Positions 18,042-28,719 of a DNA stretch of 64,000 nt are shown here, piece by piece; the first letter of the stretch is position 1, and the number at the start of each line of letters is the position of its first letter. The position numbers and the translations under genes were made by a program. Source of the stretch: a virus. Location of the stretch: positions 64,001 to 128,000 of IMG/VR virus record IMGVR_UViG_3300020048_000014; one strand, 5' to 3'. The notes beneath the pieces were generated by a model. The model saw only the letters and a list, made by a program, of their open reading frames with translations, made no database searches and was not told the DNA's origin.

Positions 18042-18893
18042 ATGGGATGCCCTATTACACCACTATCTTGCCTAGATCCAGTTAATATATTTGCTGGTGT
18101 ATATAATCCTCGATGTGGTGGATTTGCAGATCCTAGTAATTTTCAAGCCGAAAGAGCTATATTCAAAAGCGGTTTTGAAGAACTTATTCAAAACTTTGGA
18201 GTGGAGGCAAACTATTATGTGAATGATTTTAATTTATCTGCGATGAATGTTCTATATGGAGAACATCCAACCCAAGAGTATTCTGGTCCATTTATTATAA
18301 AGGCGTATCTAGAATTAGAAGAAAGTGTGTCACTATCTAGATGGGGGATGGAATCAGATGATGAATTAACTGCTTATATTAGCATTCAGACATTTACCGA
18401 TACTTTTATTCAATATATGACAACCGAACAAGGATTGATCGTAACTGATGCTTATGGTAATTCTCTGACTGTCGATACAATCGCTCTTAATTTTTTCAGA
18501 GATAATGGGCAAAGAATAGAACCAAAATCAGATGATTTGATGGAGATAACTGCTCTTGGATGCGATAGACCGGGGGATAGAGGATCTAAAATATTTAGGA
18601 TAACTGAAGTTCTTGATCAGAGTGTTAGCTCTGGTATTAATCCAATGATGGGACATTATATATGGAAGATAACCGCAAAACGTTATGAGTCTGATGGTTC
18701 TACGAATGCGCCTAGCGAAGAAGGGAACGATCAAGTATATGATAATACATTTAGTGGGAAGTTATCATCCGTATTATTCCCTAGTTTAACTGCCGAATCT
18801 AAAGTCTATCCTTTTAACGTTGATCAAATCTCGAAAGAGGAAGTATATGATATGTCGAAAAATGATAATAGTATTTATGGGGAATATTATTAA
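18042..18893 (+). CDS. gp14: Neck protein, T4 gp14-like
   Basis: ELIQNFGVEANYY...FIIKAYL...RWGMESDDE...PKSDDL...FRITEV...IWKITAKRY. Start moved to 18042 (TAAATA-N5-ATG). Confidence 0.7.
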   Translation: MGCPITPLSCLDPVNIFAGVYNPRCGGFADPSNFQAERAIFKSGFEELIQNFGVEANYYVNDFNLSAMNVLYGEHPTQEYSGPFIIKAYLELEESVSLSRWGMESDDELTAYISIQTFTDTFIQYMTTEQGLIVTDAYGNSLTVDTIALNFFRDNGQRIEPKSDDLMEITALGCDRPGDRGSKIFRITEVLDQSVSSGINPMMGHYIWKITAKRYESDGSTNAPSEEGNDQVYDNTFSGKLSSVLFPSLTAESKVYPFNVDQISKEEVYDMSKNDNSIYGEYY

Positions 18894-20992
18894 TCTATTA
18901 ACTCCAACATTTGATATAATGTGTCCATGCTCATATGTTTAAATGTATCGTTATTAATATCATCAATTGAAATAGTTGTTTTATTGTTATTAAAATCAAT
19001 AATTCCTCCTATCGGAGTATTATCATATTGTTCAACATATTCAAAAAATAAATAATATTTTTCTATATCAGAGAAATTAACAATATCTGGTAATACTAAT
19101 GGCCATCCCCAATCTTGGCTATAAGATGATAGTGGATATGTTGATGATAGTGGTTGATACGTGTTTAATAAAGTATATACATTTGAAAATTTCTCCAATG
19201 CTACAATCGGAGTATTGGAGTTTACTATATATGTCATACTATCTATCTTATCTCCTATATTAATACCATATTCCTCTTTCGTAGTTCTTCCTCGTATATC
19301 GAAATTTTCTCTAAATTTATTAGTTACACCAGTAAGTTTAAATTTATCTATCGAACCCAAATTGACCAATCTCTTAATCTTTTCTGGATATGTATATCGT
19401 TCTTCTCCCTTATCATTATATCCAATAAATTGTCCTAACGAATCCAAGAAATCCAATTCACACGAATCAATATCTTGAATATTTTGAGTAAAATTAGATA
19501 TTTTTTCATATATTTTAACCCCAAGAGCTTCGTGATCAGATTCAGAATTTCCTAATACATTACCCAGAAAATCTTCAAATAGAACATTTTTATCCAATAA
19601 GGTTTCTTGAAATCTCAAGTCCATTAATGTTGTTTGTGGATCAAAATCTTCATTTATTTTCCATATATCATAATAATTTATATCCGAAATATTAAATTTG
19701 TTGGAAATTGTATTCAATTCGTAAAAAATTGATTGATCATTAATAAATGATCCAGATATTTTAATATAAATATTTGATAGATAATCTTCATCTGAATGTG
19801 GAAATTTAATACATCCCCTAAATGATCCCGTATGAACATAGCTCGATAAAGTATCGTTGATAGACATTATTTCATATTTCGAAGGATCTATAATCACATT
19901 ACTGTCCGTATATACTGAAATATCTAATGATGATAACTGAATTATTGGAAAATTTTTAACCGATGTATTGAGCGAATCCTTTATTTTAACTACAAACGGA
20001 ATTTTACTATCGAAAAATTTAATATCCGATATTAGAAAAGATGATATTGGATAATACTCACCATCTAATCCAGATGATGTTATGGATAATCTTTCCACAT
20101 TATCATTTTCTATTATTTGATATTTTAAATCTATACCCAATGTATTAAAATATTGAGGATTTATATATTGATTTCTATCAAATATAATATTATTCGTTTT
20201 ATCGAATTTAAATTGAATAGTAGAACTATCGACTATAGTATCATCTTTAATATATACTGATTTTGAAGCCGAAAGACCGACAAATATTGCTCCTTCGTCT
20301 TTTTTGTCACAGTATATAATAGAATTATTATATACTTTAGCATATAATTCTATAGGATTAAAATCTAATTTCGATATGGGATTAAATTGATAGCTCTCCA
20401 TATAAAAATTATATACCTTTTCATATAGACTATAACTATTTTGTAAGTGGGAAAATTTATTATTTTTAATATCCCAATAATTTAAACTATTCGAACCATC
20501 GACAGTATAGTATATAGACGAAGCATTTTGATAATTTGGGTAATAAGAATTCACTATCAATTCATTAGAAAACTGACCATTTTTTATAATTAAATTGGGT
20601 TCGTTTACTAAAATATATGATCCATCCTCTGTTAACATGTAGTAACCATCTTCAGTCAATAAGTAAGATATTGAATCTATGGATATATTAAAAGTAAATG
20701 GTATAAAATTATAAACTTCTATCTGTTTATTGAATGTTGATATCATTGCATTAGTATCGCAATCATATACAATTAATGACACATTATATATTCCGGGAAA
20801 TTTATAAGTTTTTAATGCTGAAATATTTCTTGATGTTGTATTATCTCCAAAATCCCATACGACTCTACGAGATAATTGATCGGATATATCAGGAACAAAT
20901 AATAGTGGGGCTATTTCAATACAATATGTGGACAATGCGTCCGTATTTTTGTAATCGATAGATCTAAATGTCGTGAAAGTAGTTTTATTCAT
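18890..20992 (-). CDS. Baseplate wedge/structural protein with PKD-like domain
   Basis: VWDFGD...KTYKFPGIYNVSL PKD signature; coupled to gp6. Confidence 0.6.
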   Translation of the reverse strand: MNKTTFTTFRSIDYKNTDALSTYCIEIAPLLFVPDISDQLSRRVVWDFGDNTTSRNISALKTYKFPGIYNVSLIVYDCDTNAMISTFNKQIEVYNFIPFTFNISIDSISYLLTEDGYYMLTEDGSYILVNEPNLIIKNGQFSNELIVNSYYPNYQNASSIYYTVDGSNSLNYWDIKNNKFSHLQNSYSLYEKVYNFYMESYQFNPISKLDFNPIELYAKVYNNSIIYCDKKDEGAIFVGLSASKSVYIKDDTIVDSSTIQFKFDKTNNIIFDRNQYINPQYFNTLGIDLKYQIIENDNVERLSITSSGLDGEYYPISSFLISDIKFFDSKIPFVVKIKDSLNTSVKNFPIIQLSSLDISVYTDSNVIIDPSKYEIMSINDTLSSYVHTGSFRGCIKFPHSDEDYLSNIYIKISGSFINDQSIFYELNTISNKFNISDINYYDIWKINEDFDPQTTLMDLRFQETLLDKNVLFEDFLGNVLGNSESDHEALGVKIYEKISNFTQNIQDIDSCELDFLDSLGQFIGYNDKGEERYTYPEKIKRLVNLGSIDKFKLTGVTNKFRENFDIRGRTTKEEYGINIGDKIDSMTYIVNSNTPIVALEKFSNVYTLLNTYQPLSSTYPLSSYSQDWGWPLVLPDIVNFSDIEKYYLFFEYVEQYDNTPIGGIIDFNNNKTTISIDDINNDTFKHMSMDTLYQMLELID

Positions 20993-22796
20993 CTATTACT
21001 TGAATTCTACTGGAAATAGTTAAGGGGTTATATATATAAGGAAATTTATAATACGGTAATGTAATAGTTTGATTAATTATGGATTCATCCACATCATCAA
21101 ATAATGGATTCCACATAATAAAAGAAATTCCATCGAAATATATTTTTTCTATTTCATTATATGTTCTGATTTTTTTAACACCAGCTATCTTAGATATTTT
21201 CGATGTTATGTCCGATATATCCAAAATTTGTCCCAATGTTATATTTTTCGGATCAAAGTAATTTAATATTGCATTAACCACATTACTTTTTATGGTTTCT
21301 TTGTTTATATTATCGTTAGTATTTTTAGTAATGATTAATTTACAATTATTATAAATGTTTTTAGTAGGTTTACTTATAGTGGTTCCTATATCTAACGCCA
21401 TATATAGTGGATCTCTTGGGACTATAGTGGCATTCATCATTTTCTTATCTTTGGTTATGTCCTTTATCAATGTTTTAAAATTATTATTCACAAAAGCTGG
21501 ATATTCACCATCCATCGTATTGACAAATCTAGGAACACAAAAAATATTGATATTATTGAAATCACAAGAGTCTGCGAAATTTACTTGATTTAATATAACC
21601 CTATTTACTTTATTTGGGTCTACACAAATCTCATAAAAATAATTAATATATCCAGTTATAAATGATGTATTATCTACAACCTTTACATCATTTAGAACAT
21701 TGGGAATAGTCTTTTTCAAAAACCTTTCATAATCCAATTCGGTCACTAATCGCAATTGATTTGATAGAAATACTGGACTATTTTCTCGGATTTGATCAAC
21801 ACTCTCGCCTTCTTTAATTATAGTAGAATTCGAGGGATTTGAAAATGTTAGATAAGATTTATTACTATCCGTTATTTTATATGAATTAGAACCTTGATTA
21901 ATCTGATCATATATTTCATTAAATTTTAAACTGTTATATGTAAACAGTTTATTGCCATTTATTACATTTTTTGATATTTGCCCTTTGTCTCCGTCACTGA
22001 GAATATAAAATACTTTCACAATATCTTGTGATTCTAATTTTTTCCCGAACACATTATTCCCAAATTTTATTTCATAATGACCGTTCTCGTTTAATCTTAA
22101 ATTATAAACTTTGTCAGTGATTTTAGATAAAAATAAACTATCAACATTATTATATTCGACCCATTTATTATTGATTTTTTCTTTAACATATACACTAATA
22201 GAACCTTGTGATATAAATTTAGTGTTGTTATTTGACACTAAATTATCCACTACAATTGGAAATGTTTCATAGTCATTACCTTCAGCGATATATTCAGGAT
22301 ATTCTCCCACTGTGCCTTGATGCAAAATTGAAGTGTTTGATATACTATCAATACTTTCGGAATCTGAAGTTATTTTCTCAAATATCTGATCGGATATGAA
22401 AGTGTATTGAATACTATCGACTAGGAAATAACTATATTTTTTAATAATATAACTTCCCGGTATTAAATTTTCAGATGCGATACAATCAATAGATATTAAT
22501 GATGTCTGCTTACCAGTTGGATTATAACCAATCAGTTTAACGATTCTATTCATATTTTCATAAATAGATGTTTGTGAAAATGATGATTCTGATGATGTTT
22601 GATTCAAGTAAAACATCAAAACATGGGTATAATATGCTAATATATCTAATAGTGATGATATATTGGACCCTTCATAATTTTGATCGGTAAATTTACCACT
22701 CTCATTCAATCTCTCTATTATAAAAGACTTTAATGATGTCGCATCAAAATTCGTATACGCATTTGAAGGTAAGTTATATTCTGGAGTATTCGCCAT
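20985..22796 (-). CDS. gp6: Baseplate wedge subunit
   Basis: FDATSLKSFIIERL...FTDQNYEGSNISSLLDILAYYTH...ESVDQIR...RLVTELDYE. Confidence 0.9.
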   Translation of the reverse strand: MANTPEYNLPSNAYTNFDATSLKSFIIERLNESGKFTDQNYEGSNISSLLDILAYYTHVLMFYLNQTSSESSFSQTSIYENMNRIVKLIGYNPTGKQTSLISIDCIASENLIPGSYIIKKYSYFLVDSIQYTFISDQIFEKITSDSESIDSISNTSILHQGTVGEYPEYIAEGNDYETFPIVVDNLVSNNNTKFISQGSISVYVKEKINNKWVEYNNVDSLFLSKITDKVYNLRLNENGHYEIKFGNNVFGKKLESQDIVKVFYILSDGDKGQISKNVINGNKLFTYNSLKFNEIYDQINQGSNSYKITDSNKSYLTFSNPSNSTIIKEGESVDQIRENSPVFLSNQLRLVTELDYERFLKKTIPNVLNDVKVVDNTSFITGYINYFYEICVDPNKVNRVILNQVNFADSCDFNNINIFCVPRFVNTMDGEYPAFVNNNFKTLIKDITKDKKMMNATIVPRDPLYMALDIGTTISKPTKNIYNNCKLIITKNTNDNINKETIKSNVVNAILNYFDPKNITLGQILDISDITSKISKIAGVKKIRTYNEIEKIYFDGISFIMWNPLFDDVDESIINQTITLPYYKFPYIYNPLTISSRIQVIDE

Positions 22797-22809
22797 CCAA
22801 ATTATTTAA

Positions 22810-23295
22810 TCATAAGATCGTATATCCAACGCTATTCAGTTTAGATTTTATACTTAGCCCTTGTATATCTAGAGATGGGACATCAATCTGTAGTGATATA
22901 TTGTATTGGTTGTTATCTTCATCCGCCTCTACAATTACATTTTTGACATTTATTCGTGGTTCCATGATGGGTAGTTTAGTTTCAATATCATCTTGGATAA
23001 TATCCGATGTGAAATCATCAATCGCTTCAAATAAAAATCTTCTTAAATCTATTCCATATGTAGGTGACAATATTTTATCACCGGGAGAAGTTAAAAATGC
23101 AGTGGCTACACTATTTTTGACTGCTTCTTCATCGAATAATGCCGCAACATCTTTTAAAAATTCCTTTTTATTGAGTTGATTATTATAAGATACATCTTGA
23201 GATAAGTCAAATGATAAATCTTTATATAGATAATCACTTTTCAGAGATTTTTCTGAAAGTTTACCTACCTTTAATGAATTAATTTTTATAGCCAT
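22810..23295 (-). CDS. gp25: Baseplate wedge subunit gp25
   Basis: YKDLSFDL...EEAVKNSVATAFLTSPGDKILSPTYGIDLRRFLFE...EPRI. Confidence 0.9.
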   Translation of the reverse strand: MAIKINSLKVGKLSEKSLKSDYLYKDLSFDLSQDVSYNNQLNKKEFLKDVAALFDEEAVKNSVATAFLTSPGDKILSPTYGIDLRRFLFEAIDDFTSDIIQDDIETKLPIMEPRINVKNVIVEADEDNNQYNISLQIDVPSLDIQGLSIKSKLNSVGYTIL

Positions 23296-23320
23296 AATAT
23301 ATTATTATTTAATATAATGA

Positions 23321-25108
23321 CTAGCTCCAATTTTTACAGCTTTCCGCCTTCGCGCTTCCGGGTTTAGCATCTGAGCAGGAGTGTCTAGATCTAAATGCCT
23401 TAGCTCTTTTAGAATTCCCACCACCGACTCTTACACCTTTTTGTCCAAAATGAATTTTTTTATACGATCCATCGGGTTGTTTAGCGCATTTCATCCATTT
23501 TTTACCTTTTCTGTCACTCGATGCTTTTTTAGTTGGCCCAGTGCATTTTTCTAGAACTTCTATAAGATCGGTTTTATAATCATCTTCATCGAAAACCATT
23601 TCCAACATCAAATTATCGAAATAGTCATCAAATGATTCATTCTTAGTCGATGTCTCGTTTTCAATATTAAGTTTTAGTAATGCTGATGGTGTTTTACCTC
23701 TATCGACTAACCATGGGCGATCAACTCGCTTCTTCATTTGTTCTTTAGAAAAGTTTGACATAAGTAGTTGGTCAATTAACCCTTTGATATATGTTTTTGT
23801 GTTTGGATTCGTCCACTCTGCTTTACTCTCTTCATTATTTGGTGATATTTTATCTAGTAAAGCCATTAACTCTCCTTGTGTAGCATCACTTTGATCGGTA
23901 TCTAGTTTATCAAGAGCTATAGGGGTCTTATCTGATGATCTGAGTGAACTATATATTCTAGCAAGAACCATAAATGGGAGCTTGTTGAAGTCTCTCATAG
24001 TCGTGATGTTGACATTTTTATCCAATGCTCTTCCAGTATCGAATTCTTTGTCCCTATAATCACGCTCGAACCTAGCAAGATATCCAAGAATAGGATTAAT
24101 ATTCTCATCATCTGATGCCAATGCTTTTAATTTATTCACCGCATCTAACAAAGTTTCTATAGGGTTGTTCCAATCTACTTGATCCGGGGAAGTATTAGCT
24201 ATTTCCCCTACTTTTGTTTCATATTCTTTAGCAAGTCCCCCAGCAGTAAATTTTATAAGGTCTAAAAACCCATTTTTTGCCACACTATCAGCATTTTCAT
24301 TAGTTTCATTGATTTGATTGATACGATCATAGAGTAATTCAAGTTCTTCTGTGGTTTTTTTCAGTTTATCTTCCCACTTAACCATCTTTTCCCCAATATC
24401 GAACACTTTAGCTTTGATTTTTTCAACATCCTCGGGCTTCATCATCGCCTGATCGTAGCGATCTCTTTTTTTAGTTAACATTGTCGCCAATTCGCTAACA
24501 GTCTGTTCGATTTTACCTTTTTGTTTTTGACTCTTCGCTCTTGCTTTTTGAAGAATTAAGGTATTGATATTAGCTTCAATGGTAGATATGTCAATCTCCA
24601 TTTTATTTTTTTCTGATGGTGGTAGCTGCGTGCGATTGATGATTTTATTCTTTTGATCAAGCTCATCCCTCATACCAGTCAAGTCACTTCTATACTTGGT
24701 TTGATTCCGTTCAAGTTTTTCTAGTTGGTTCTCTTCGTCATATTTTTCAATACCACCTTCTCCACCTATACCTCTAATATTTTTATAGGAATCGCGGGAT
24801 TCGTTAAATCGTTTAGTGATCTTCTGAACTTGTTTATCGAAGAATGGGTCATTGAAAAGTAACCTAAATGATGTTAACATACTTTTCCATATTTTAGATT
24901 CATCAGAAAAACCAGATTTACCTTTATTTTGTGATGGATTATATTCCCAGCGATCCAAATTCTTCTGAAGTTCAAAGTTATCAGACTTACCAATAGGACC
25001 AGAAACAATACCCGCTGGTCCTTCTCTATTTTGTACAGAGAAGAATCGTGCTCCGGGTTGTTCATTTTTAGCTTCGGACAGAATTTTAACAAGTTTTTCG
25101 AACTTCAT
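23321..25108 (-). CDS. Coiled-coil late protein with basic Cys-containing C-terminal domain
   Basis: Long K/E-rich helical region; C-terminal KKIHFGQKG...FRSRHSC...SCKNW; TAAATA-N5-ATG. Confidence 0.7.
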   Translation of the reverse strand: MKFEKLVKILSEAKNEQPGARFFSVQNREGPAGIVSGPIGKSDNFELQKNLDRWEYNPSQNKGKSGFSDESKIWKSMLTSFRLLFNDPFFDKQVQKITKRFNESRDSYKNIRGIGGEGGIEKYDEENQLEKLERNQTKYRSDLTGMRDELDQKNKIINRTQLPPSEKNKMEIDISTIEANINTLILQKARAKSQKQKGKIEQTVSELATMLTKKRDRYDQAMMKPEDVEKIKAKVFDIGEKMVKWEDKLKKTTEELELLYDRINQINETNENADSVAKNGFLDLIKFTAGGLAKEYETKVGEIANTSPDQVDWNNPIETLLDAVNKLKALASDDENINPILGYLARFERDYRDKEFDTGRALDKNVNITTMRDFNKLPFMVLARIYSSLRSSDKTPIALDKLDTDQSDATQGELMALLDKISPNNEESKAEWTNPNTKTYIKGLIDQLLMSNFSKEQMKKRVDRPWLVDRGKTPSALLKLNIENETSTKNESFDDYFDNLMLEMVFDEDDYKTDLIEVLEKCTGPTKKASSDRKGKKWMKCAKQPDGSYKKIHFGQKGVRVGGGNSKRAKAFRSRHSCSDAKPGSAKAESCKNWS

Positions 25109-25144
25109 AAGTATATTTAATAGTTCTTACTAAATACTACTATC

Positions 25145-25711
25145 ATGGGATTAAAATTTGATAAAATTTTCGAAAGTGTCGTGTCTCGCTATACCGTGGG
25201 AGGTTTTTTACCCGGAGATCTGGTAAAATTTCGACCAGATTATAAGAGCTGTGATTGTTACAAAGCAATGCACTCAACTATGAAGCAAGAACTTGATGAA
25301 TTAGTCAAATCTGGATTGAATATTAAGGTCGTTCAAGTTGGTGATAAGTTATCTGGTGTTTCTGCTGGCAATCAACACAAGACTGCTGATAATGCTGTCA
25401 TTACTATTGCTGGTGATCAAGGTGGTGGTCGTTATTATTGCACTATTACGGTTAAGCCTGAAATGATCGATGTCGTGGATACAAATAATCCAAACCCTGA
25501 AGTTCCTGAACAATTCTATCGAGATGATAGTAAGTATATGTCTGGAAAAGCAGAAGAGTATGTTGCTGACATGCAAAATATTACTCGCCTTACCGATAAA
25601 GGCAATAAAAAGAATACTCCGACTAATTTAAAGCTGGCTGGTGAATCTACTCTAATTACTAAAGATAATAATACTCTTGGCGACATTATATCAGAAATGT
25701 ATCAGAGCTAA
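25145..25711 (+). CDS. Hypothetical late protein
   Basis: 188-aa ORF, leader MGLKFDKIFE, TAAATA-N8-ATG. Confidence 0.75.
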   Translation: MGLKFDKIFESVVSRYTVGGFLPGDLVKFRPDYKSCDCYKAMHSTMKQELDELVKSGLNIKVVQVGDKLSGVSAGNQHKTADNAVITIAGDQGGGRYYCTITVKPEMIDVVDTNNPNPEVPEQFYRDDSKYMSGKAEEYVADMQNITRLTDKGNKKNTPTNLKLAGESTLITKDNNTLGDIISEMYQS

Positions 25712-25715
25712 TTAC

Positions 25716-26816
25716 ATGAAATCTATCGAGAATAATAACATATTTCAACTATATGTTGAAAGCGTTAATCCTAGTCAACCTTCACCGGAAGATCAAAAGA
25801 AGTTAGCAGACTTTTTTGTAAATTTGATTGTGAAAATTGAAAATGGTGATCAAGAGGCTCAGAGAATATTAAATCTTCCTCAAAACGAATTGATGCAATA
25901 TATCGAATCGTCTAAAGAAAATGTTCAGACTGAAGCATTCGAAAATATTCGAAGCAGGATCGGGGGGGCATTTAGTGGTAGTGGGCCAGCGACTAAGAGA
26001 TATGAGATCTTTTTAAATTCGATTAAAAAGAAGTTGTGGGAACTCGGAGAGGATATCAAATCAACAAATGATCAGAATAATATTCAAACCTATGACGATT
26101 TAATTCAACAAATTCAACAAGTGGAACCGAACATGGTTCCTGAAGGTGGAAAATATCAAAAGAAATTATATGGTGCTGGTAAAGTTGCAAGCAAAGTTGG
26201 AAAAATCGGGGGATCTATTGTCGGTGCTGGTTTAATAGCATCGGCTCTTTCAACTATTGGTCTTCCAGCAGTTGCTATTGGTGCTATTATAGGCGGGGGT
26301 CTGAAAACTCTTAAAAACTTATCTAATACTAATATGACTCCACAAGAAAAGCTTAAAAAGGCTTTGATGGGTGCTGGACTGGGGGCTATTACTGGATATG
26401 CATTGGGAGAATTGAGAGAATTTATGTCAGATACATCAATGGATGCGGCAAGAGCAGAAGCGGATAGAATAGACCCAGATGAGCAAACCCTCAGAAGATC
26501 TCAAGAATTAATAGATCAAGGCGTTGAAGGTGTTCCAGAAACGGGAGTTACTCAAAACACATCCGGTGAAATAGATTCTACTGTAAAAGTGCGTGTGGGT
26601 TCATCGCTCCCTAATTCGGAACGATTAGCATTTACTAAAGGTAAAATGAGAGCACTACAACAATTGGCAGCACATTTAGGGACTGACACAATACGGGGCG
26701 TCACATATGACCATGTTATTGACACAAGTGGTGATATGTATGTGACTGCTACATGGTCCCAAGCATCATCGGATACAGCTAAACAAATAGCTGACACAAT
26801 GAGCAGACCCCAATGA
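25716..26816 (+). CDS. Hypothetical protein with glycine-rich hydrophobic segments
   Basis: Start moved to in-frame ATG 25716; GGSIVGAGLIASALSTIGLPAVAIGAIIGGG and ALMGAGLGAITGYALG. Confidence 0.7.
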   Translation: MKSIENNNIFQLYVESVNPSQPSPEDQKKLADFFVNLIVKIENGDQEAQRILNLPQNELMQYIESSKENVQTEAFENIRSRIGGAFSGSGPATKRYEIFLNSIKKKLWELGEDIKSTNDQNNIQTYDDLIQQIQQVEPNMVPEGGKYQKKLYGAGKVASKVGKIGGSIVGAGLIASALSTIGLPAVAIGAIIGGGLKTLKNLSNTNMTPQEKLKKALMGAGLGAITGYALGELREFMSDTSMDAARAEADRIDPDEQTLRRSQELIDQGVEGVPETGVTQNTSGEIDSTVKVRVGSSLPNSERLAFTKGKMRALQQLAAHLGTDTIRGVTYDHVIDTSGDMYVTATWSQASSDTAKQIADTMSRPQ

Positions 26817-26840
26817 TTTAACGAGGTAGACAATAATATA

Positions 26841-27140
26841 ATGAAAAATGACGACCAATTAAAAATAGCAGAACTTTATGAAGAAGGTTTCTGGGATAGA
26901 TTTAAAGCGGGTGCATCTGGGATTAAAGCTGGTGCTACAAGTCTAGTATCTGGACAAGGATATGCAAAAGCTAATCAGTCTGCTAAATTATCGAGTCTCA
27001 TGTCCGGGAAGTTAGCCTCGATAATGTCGGACATCACAAAATTCGAAACTGACATAGCAAAATACACAAAAGACCCGAATTCACCGCAAATGGCACAGAA
27101 GGTTTCTCAATTAAAACAAATTATTTCATCTTTTAACTAA
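26841..27140 (+). CDS. Small hypothetical protein
   Basis: 99-aa ORF in a same-strand cluster. Confidence 0.7.
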   Translation: MKNDDQLKIAELYEEGFWDRFKAGASGIKAGATSLVSGQGYAKANQSAKLSSLMSGKLASIMSDITKFETDIAKYTKDPNSPQMAQKVSQLKQIISSFN

Positions 27141-27148
27141 ATAATACC

Positions 27149-27802
27149 ATGGCATCATACTCACAACGCGATCAACAAATGTTGACTGAAGCATACACTG
27201 TTCAACTTCTCAAGGAATCTATTCCTGATATGTCTCTTTCACAAGTTCATGCAAATTTAAATTTGATGAATGAATCAGAATTAGAATATGTCAATACTGT
27301 AATGCAAAGATTGAACGAAGCATTTTTTGGAAATATCGGAGCAGGACTCAAAGGAGTCGCTAAGGGTATTGGTCAAACTGCTGGTAATGTCGGCAGAAGT
27401 GTTGCTCAGACCGCGAGCAATGTCGGCAGTAATGTTGCTCAAACCGCTAAAAATGTCGGTAGTAATGTCGCTGGAGTTGCTAGAGGTGTCGGTCAAGCAG
27501 GTGCTCAAGTAGCGCAAAATGCCAGTGATATGTATACCACTGGTCGTGATGCTTCAAAACAAGCAGATATTTTAGCAAAAGCCACCAAATCAATCGAAGA
27601 ACTAGCATCCTATCTCCGTCAAGCAGAAGAATCTAATCTTATTGGTGTTGCTCGCGGACAGACGATGAATATGTCACTCAACAACATTATCGCAAAGTTA
27701 GAAAAAGCTCAACAAAAAGCAGGTTCAAATGCTCAAGCCTCACAATCTGGTGGTCTTGGTGCTGGAATGAGTCAAGCCTATCAACAAGGACGACAAGGTT
27801 AA
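27149..27802 (+). CDS. Hypothetical late protein with 11-aa amphipathic repeats
   Basis: VAQTASNVGSNVAQTAKNVGSNV repeats; TAAATA-N5-ATG. Confidence 0.75.
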   Translation: MASYSQRDQQMLTEAYTVQLLKESIPDMSLSQVHANLNLMNESELEYVNTVMQRLNEAFFGNIGAGLKGVAKGIGQTAGNVGRSVAQTASNVGSNVAQTAKNVGSNVAGVARGVGQAGAQVAQNASDMYTTGRDASKQADILAKATKSIEELASYLRQAEESNLIGVARGQTMNMSLNNIIAKLEKAQQKAGSNAQASQSGGLGAGMSQAYQQGRQG

Positions 27803-28719
27803 AGCTGTTCTAACGTCAATACACAAGCAAAGAAGTTAATCTCTTTGTCATTGACTCTACTACATTTCTCAAGGTGATCGGCAATGGTTAAAATCATTGC
27901 CTTTTTCTTTGAGTCTTCTATGGATATTTTATAGATATGATTTAGTAAATCAACTAGAAGTTGTTCCCAATCAGCATTAAAAACTTCATCGTTCTGGATG
28001 AGATATTTACGAAGACTTAAGGTATTCCCCTCTTCAATGTGTGAGCAAATCTTCACACAGACTTCGTTATTGTTGACCTTTTGAGTAATATTCAACTCGT
28101 CACCAATAACAAACTTCTGCATTTCATTGAGGCACTTTCTCAAATCTGGAAAATAAGATTTGACTAGACTCGCCAACTGTATCTTCTGCTCTTGGGATGT
28201 TTCAATACCTTCAGCTTTGAGAATATACAAACATCTTTTCAGGGCTTGTTGTATGGAAGGTTTAATATCCAATGATTGACACCTAGATTGTAAAGGTGAT
28301 GATATTTTATGCTTTTGATTACCAGTCAAAATGAATCTCGCATTGTCCGCATAAGATTCCATCATGTTTCTTAAAGCCATTTGTGAGCTATGGCTTAATC
28401 CATCTGCTTCATCCAATACAACAACCTTTATACCTCCGTCAAATGACTTCGTTTGAACGAAACCACTTATTTTTGTTCGAATCGTATCTATGCCATTTTC
28501 ATCCGATGCATTGATATACAAATAATCGCATTTCATTATATCCATTACAATTATCTGTGCCAATGTGGTCTTTCCGACACCAGCACTCCCCGTAAGTAAT
28601 AGATTTGGAATATTTTGCCCGAATGACTCGATGATTGCCCTATTCTCATCAGAAATACATAAATCATCTAATTTTTTTGGCCTCCATTTGACCCACCAGA
28701 CCCCTGTTAAATCGCTCAT
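27799..28719 (-). CDS. gp44: Clamp loader large subunit (RFC-like)
   Basis: WWVKWRPKKLDD, LLLTGSAGVGKTT, INASDENGIDTIR, VLDEAD, LQSRC, FPDLRK. Confidence 0.95.
   Translation of the reverse strand: MSDLTGVWWVKWRPKKLDDLCISDENRAIIESFGQNIPNLLLTGSAGVGKTTLAQIIVMDIMKCDYLYINASDENGIDTIRTKISGFVQTKSFDGGIKVVVLDEADGLSHSSQMALRNMMESYADNARFILTGNQKHKISSPLQSRCQSLDIKPSIQQALKRCLYILKAEGIETSQEQKIQLASLVKSYFPDLRKCLNEMQKFVIGDELNITQKVNNNEVCVKICSHIEEGNTLSLRKYLIQNDEVFNADWEQLLVDLLNHIYKISIEDSKKKAMILTIADHLEKCSRVNDKEINFFACVLTLEQL

Noticed and set aside
17373-18434. DGR template/variable pair between the recoded fragment and gp14
   Set aside because: The 9 differences are mostly C/T and G/A transitions at third positions, not adenine-specific; no RT.
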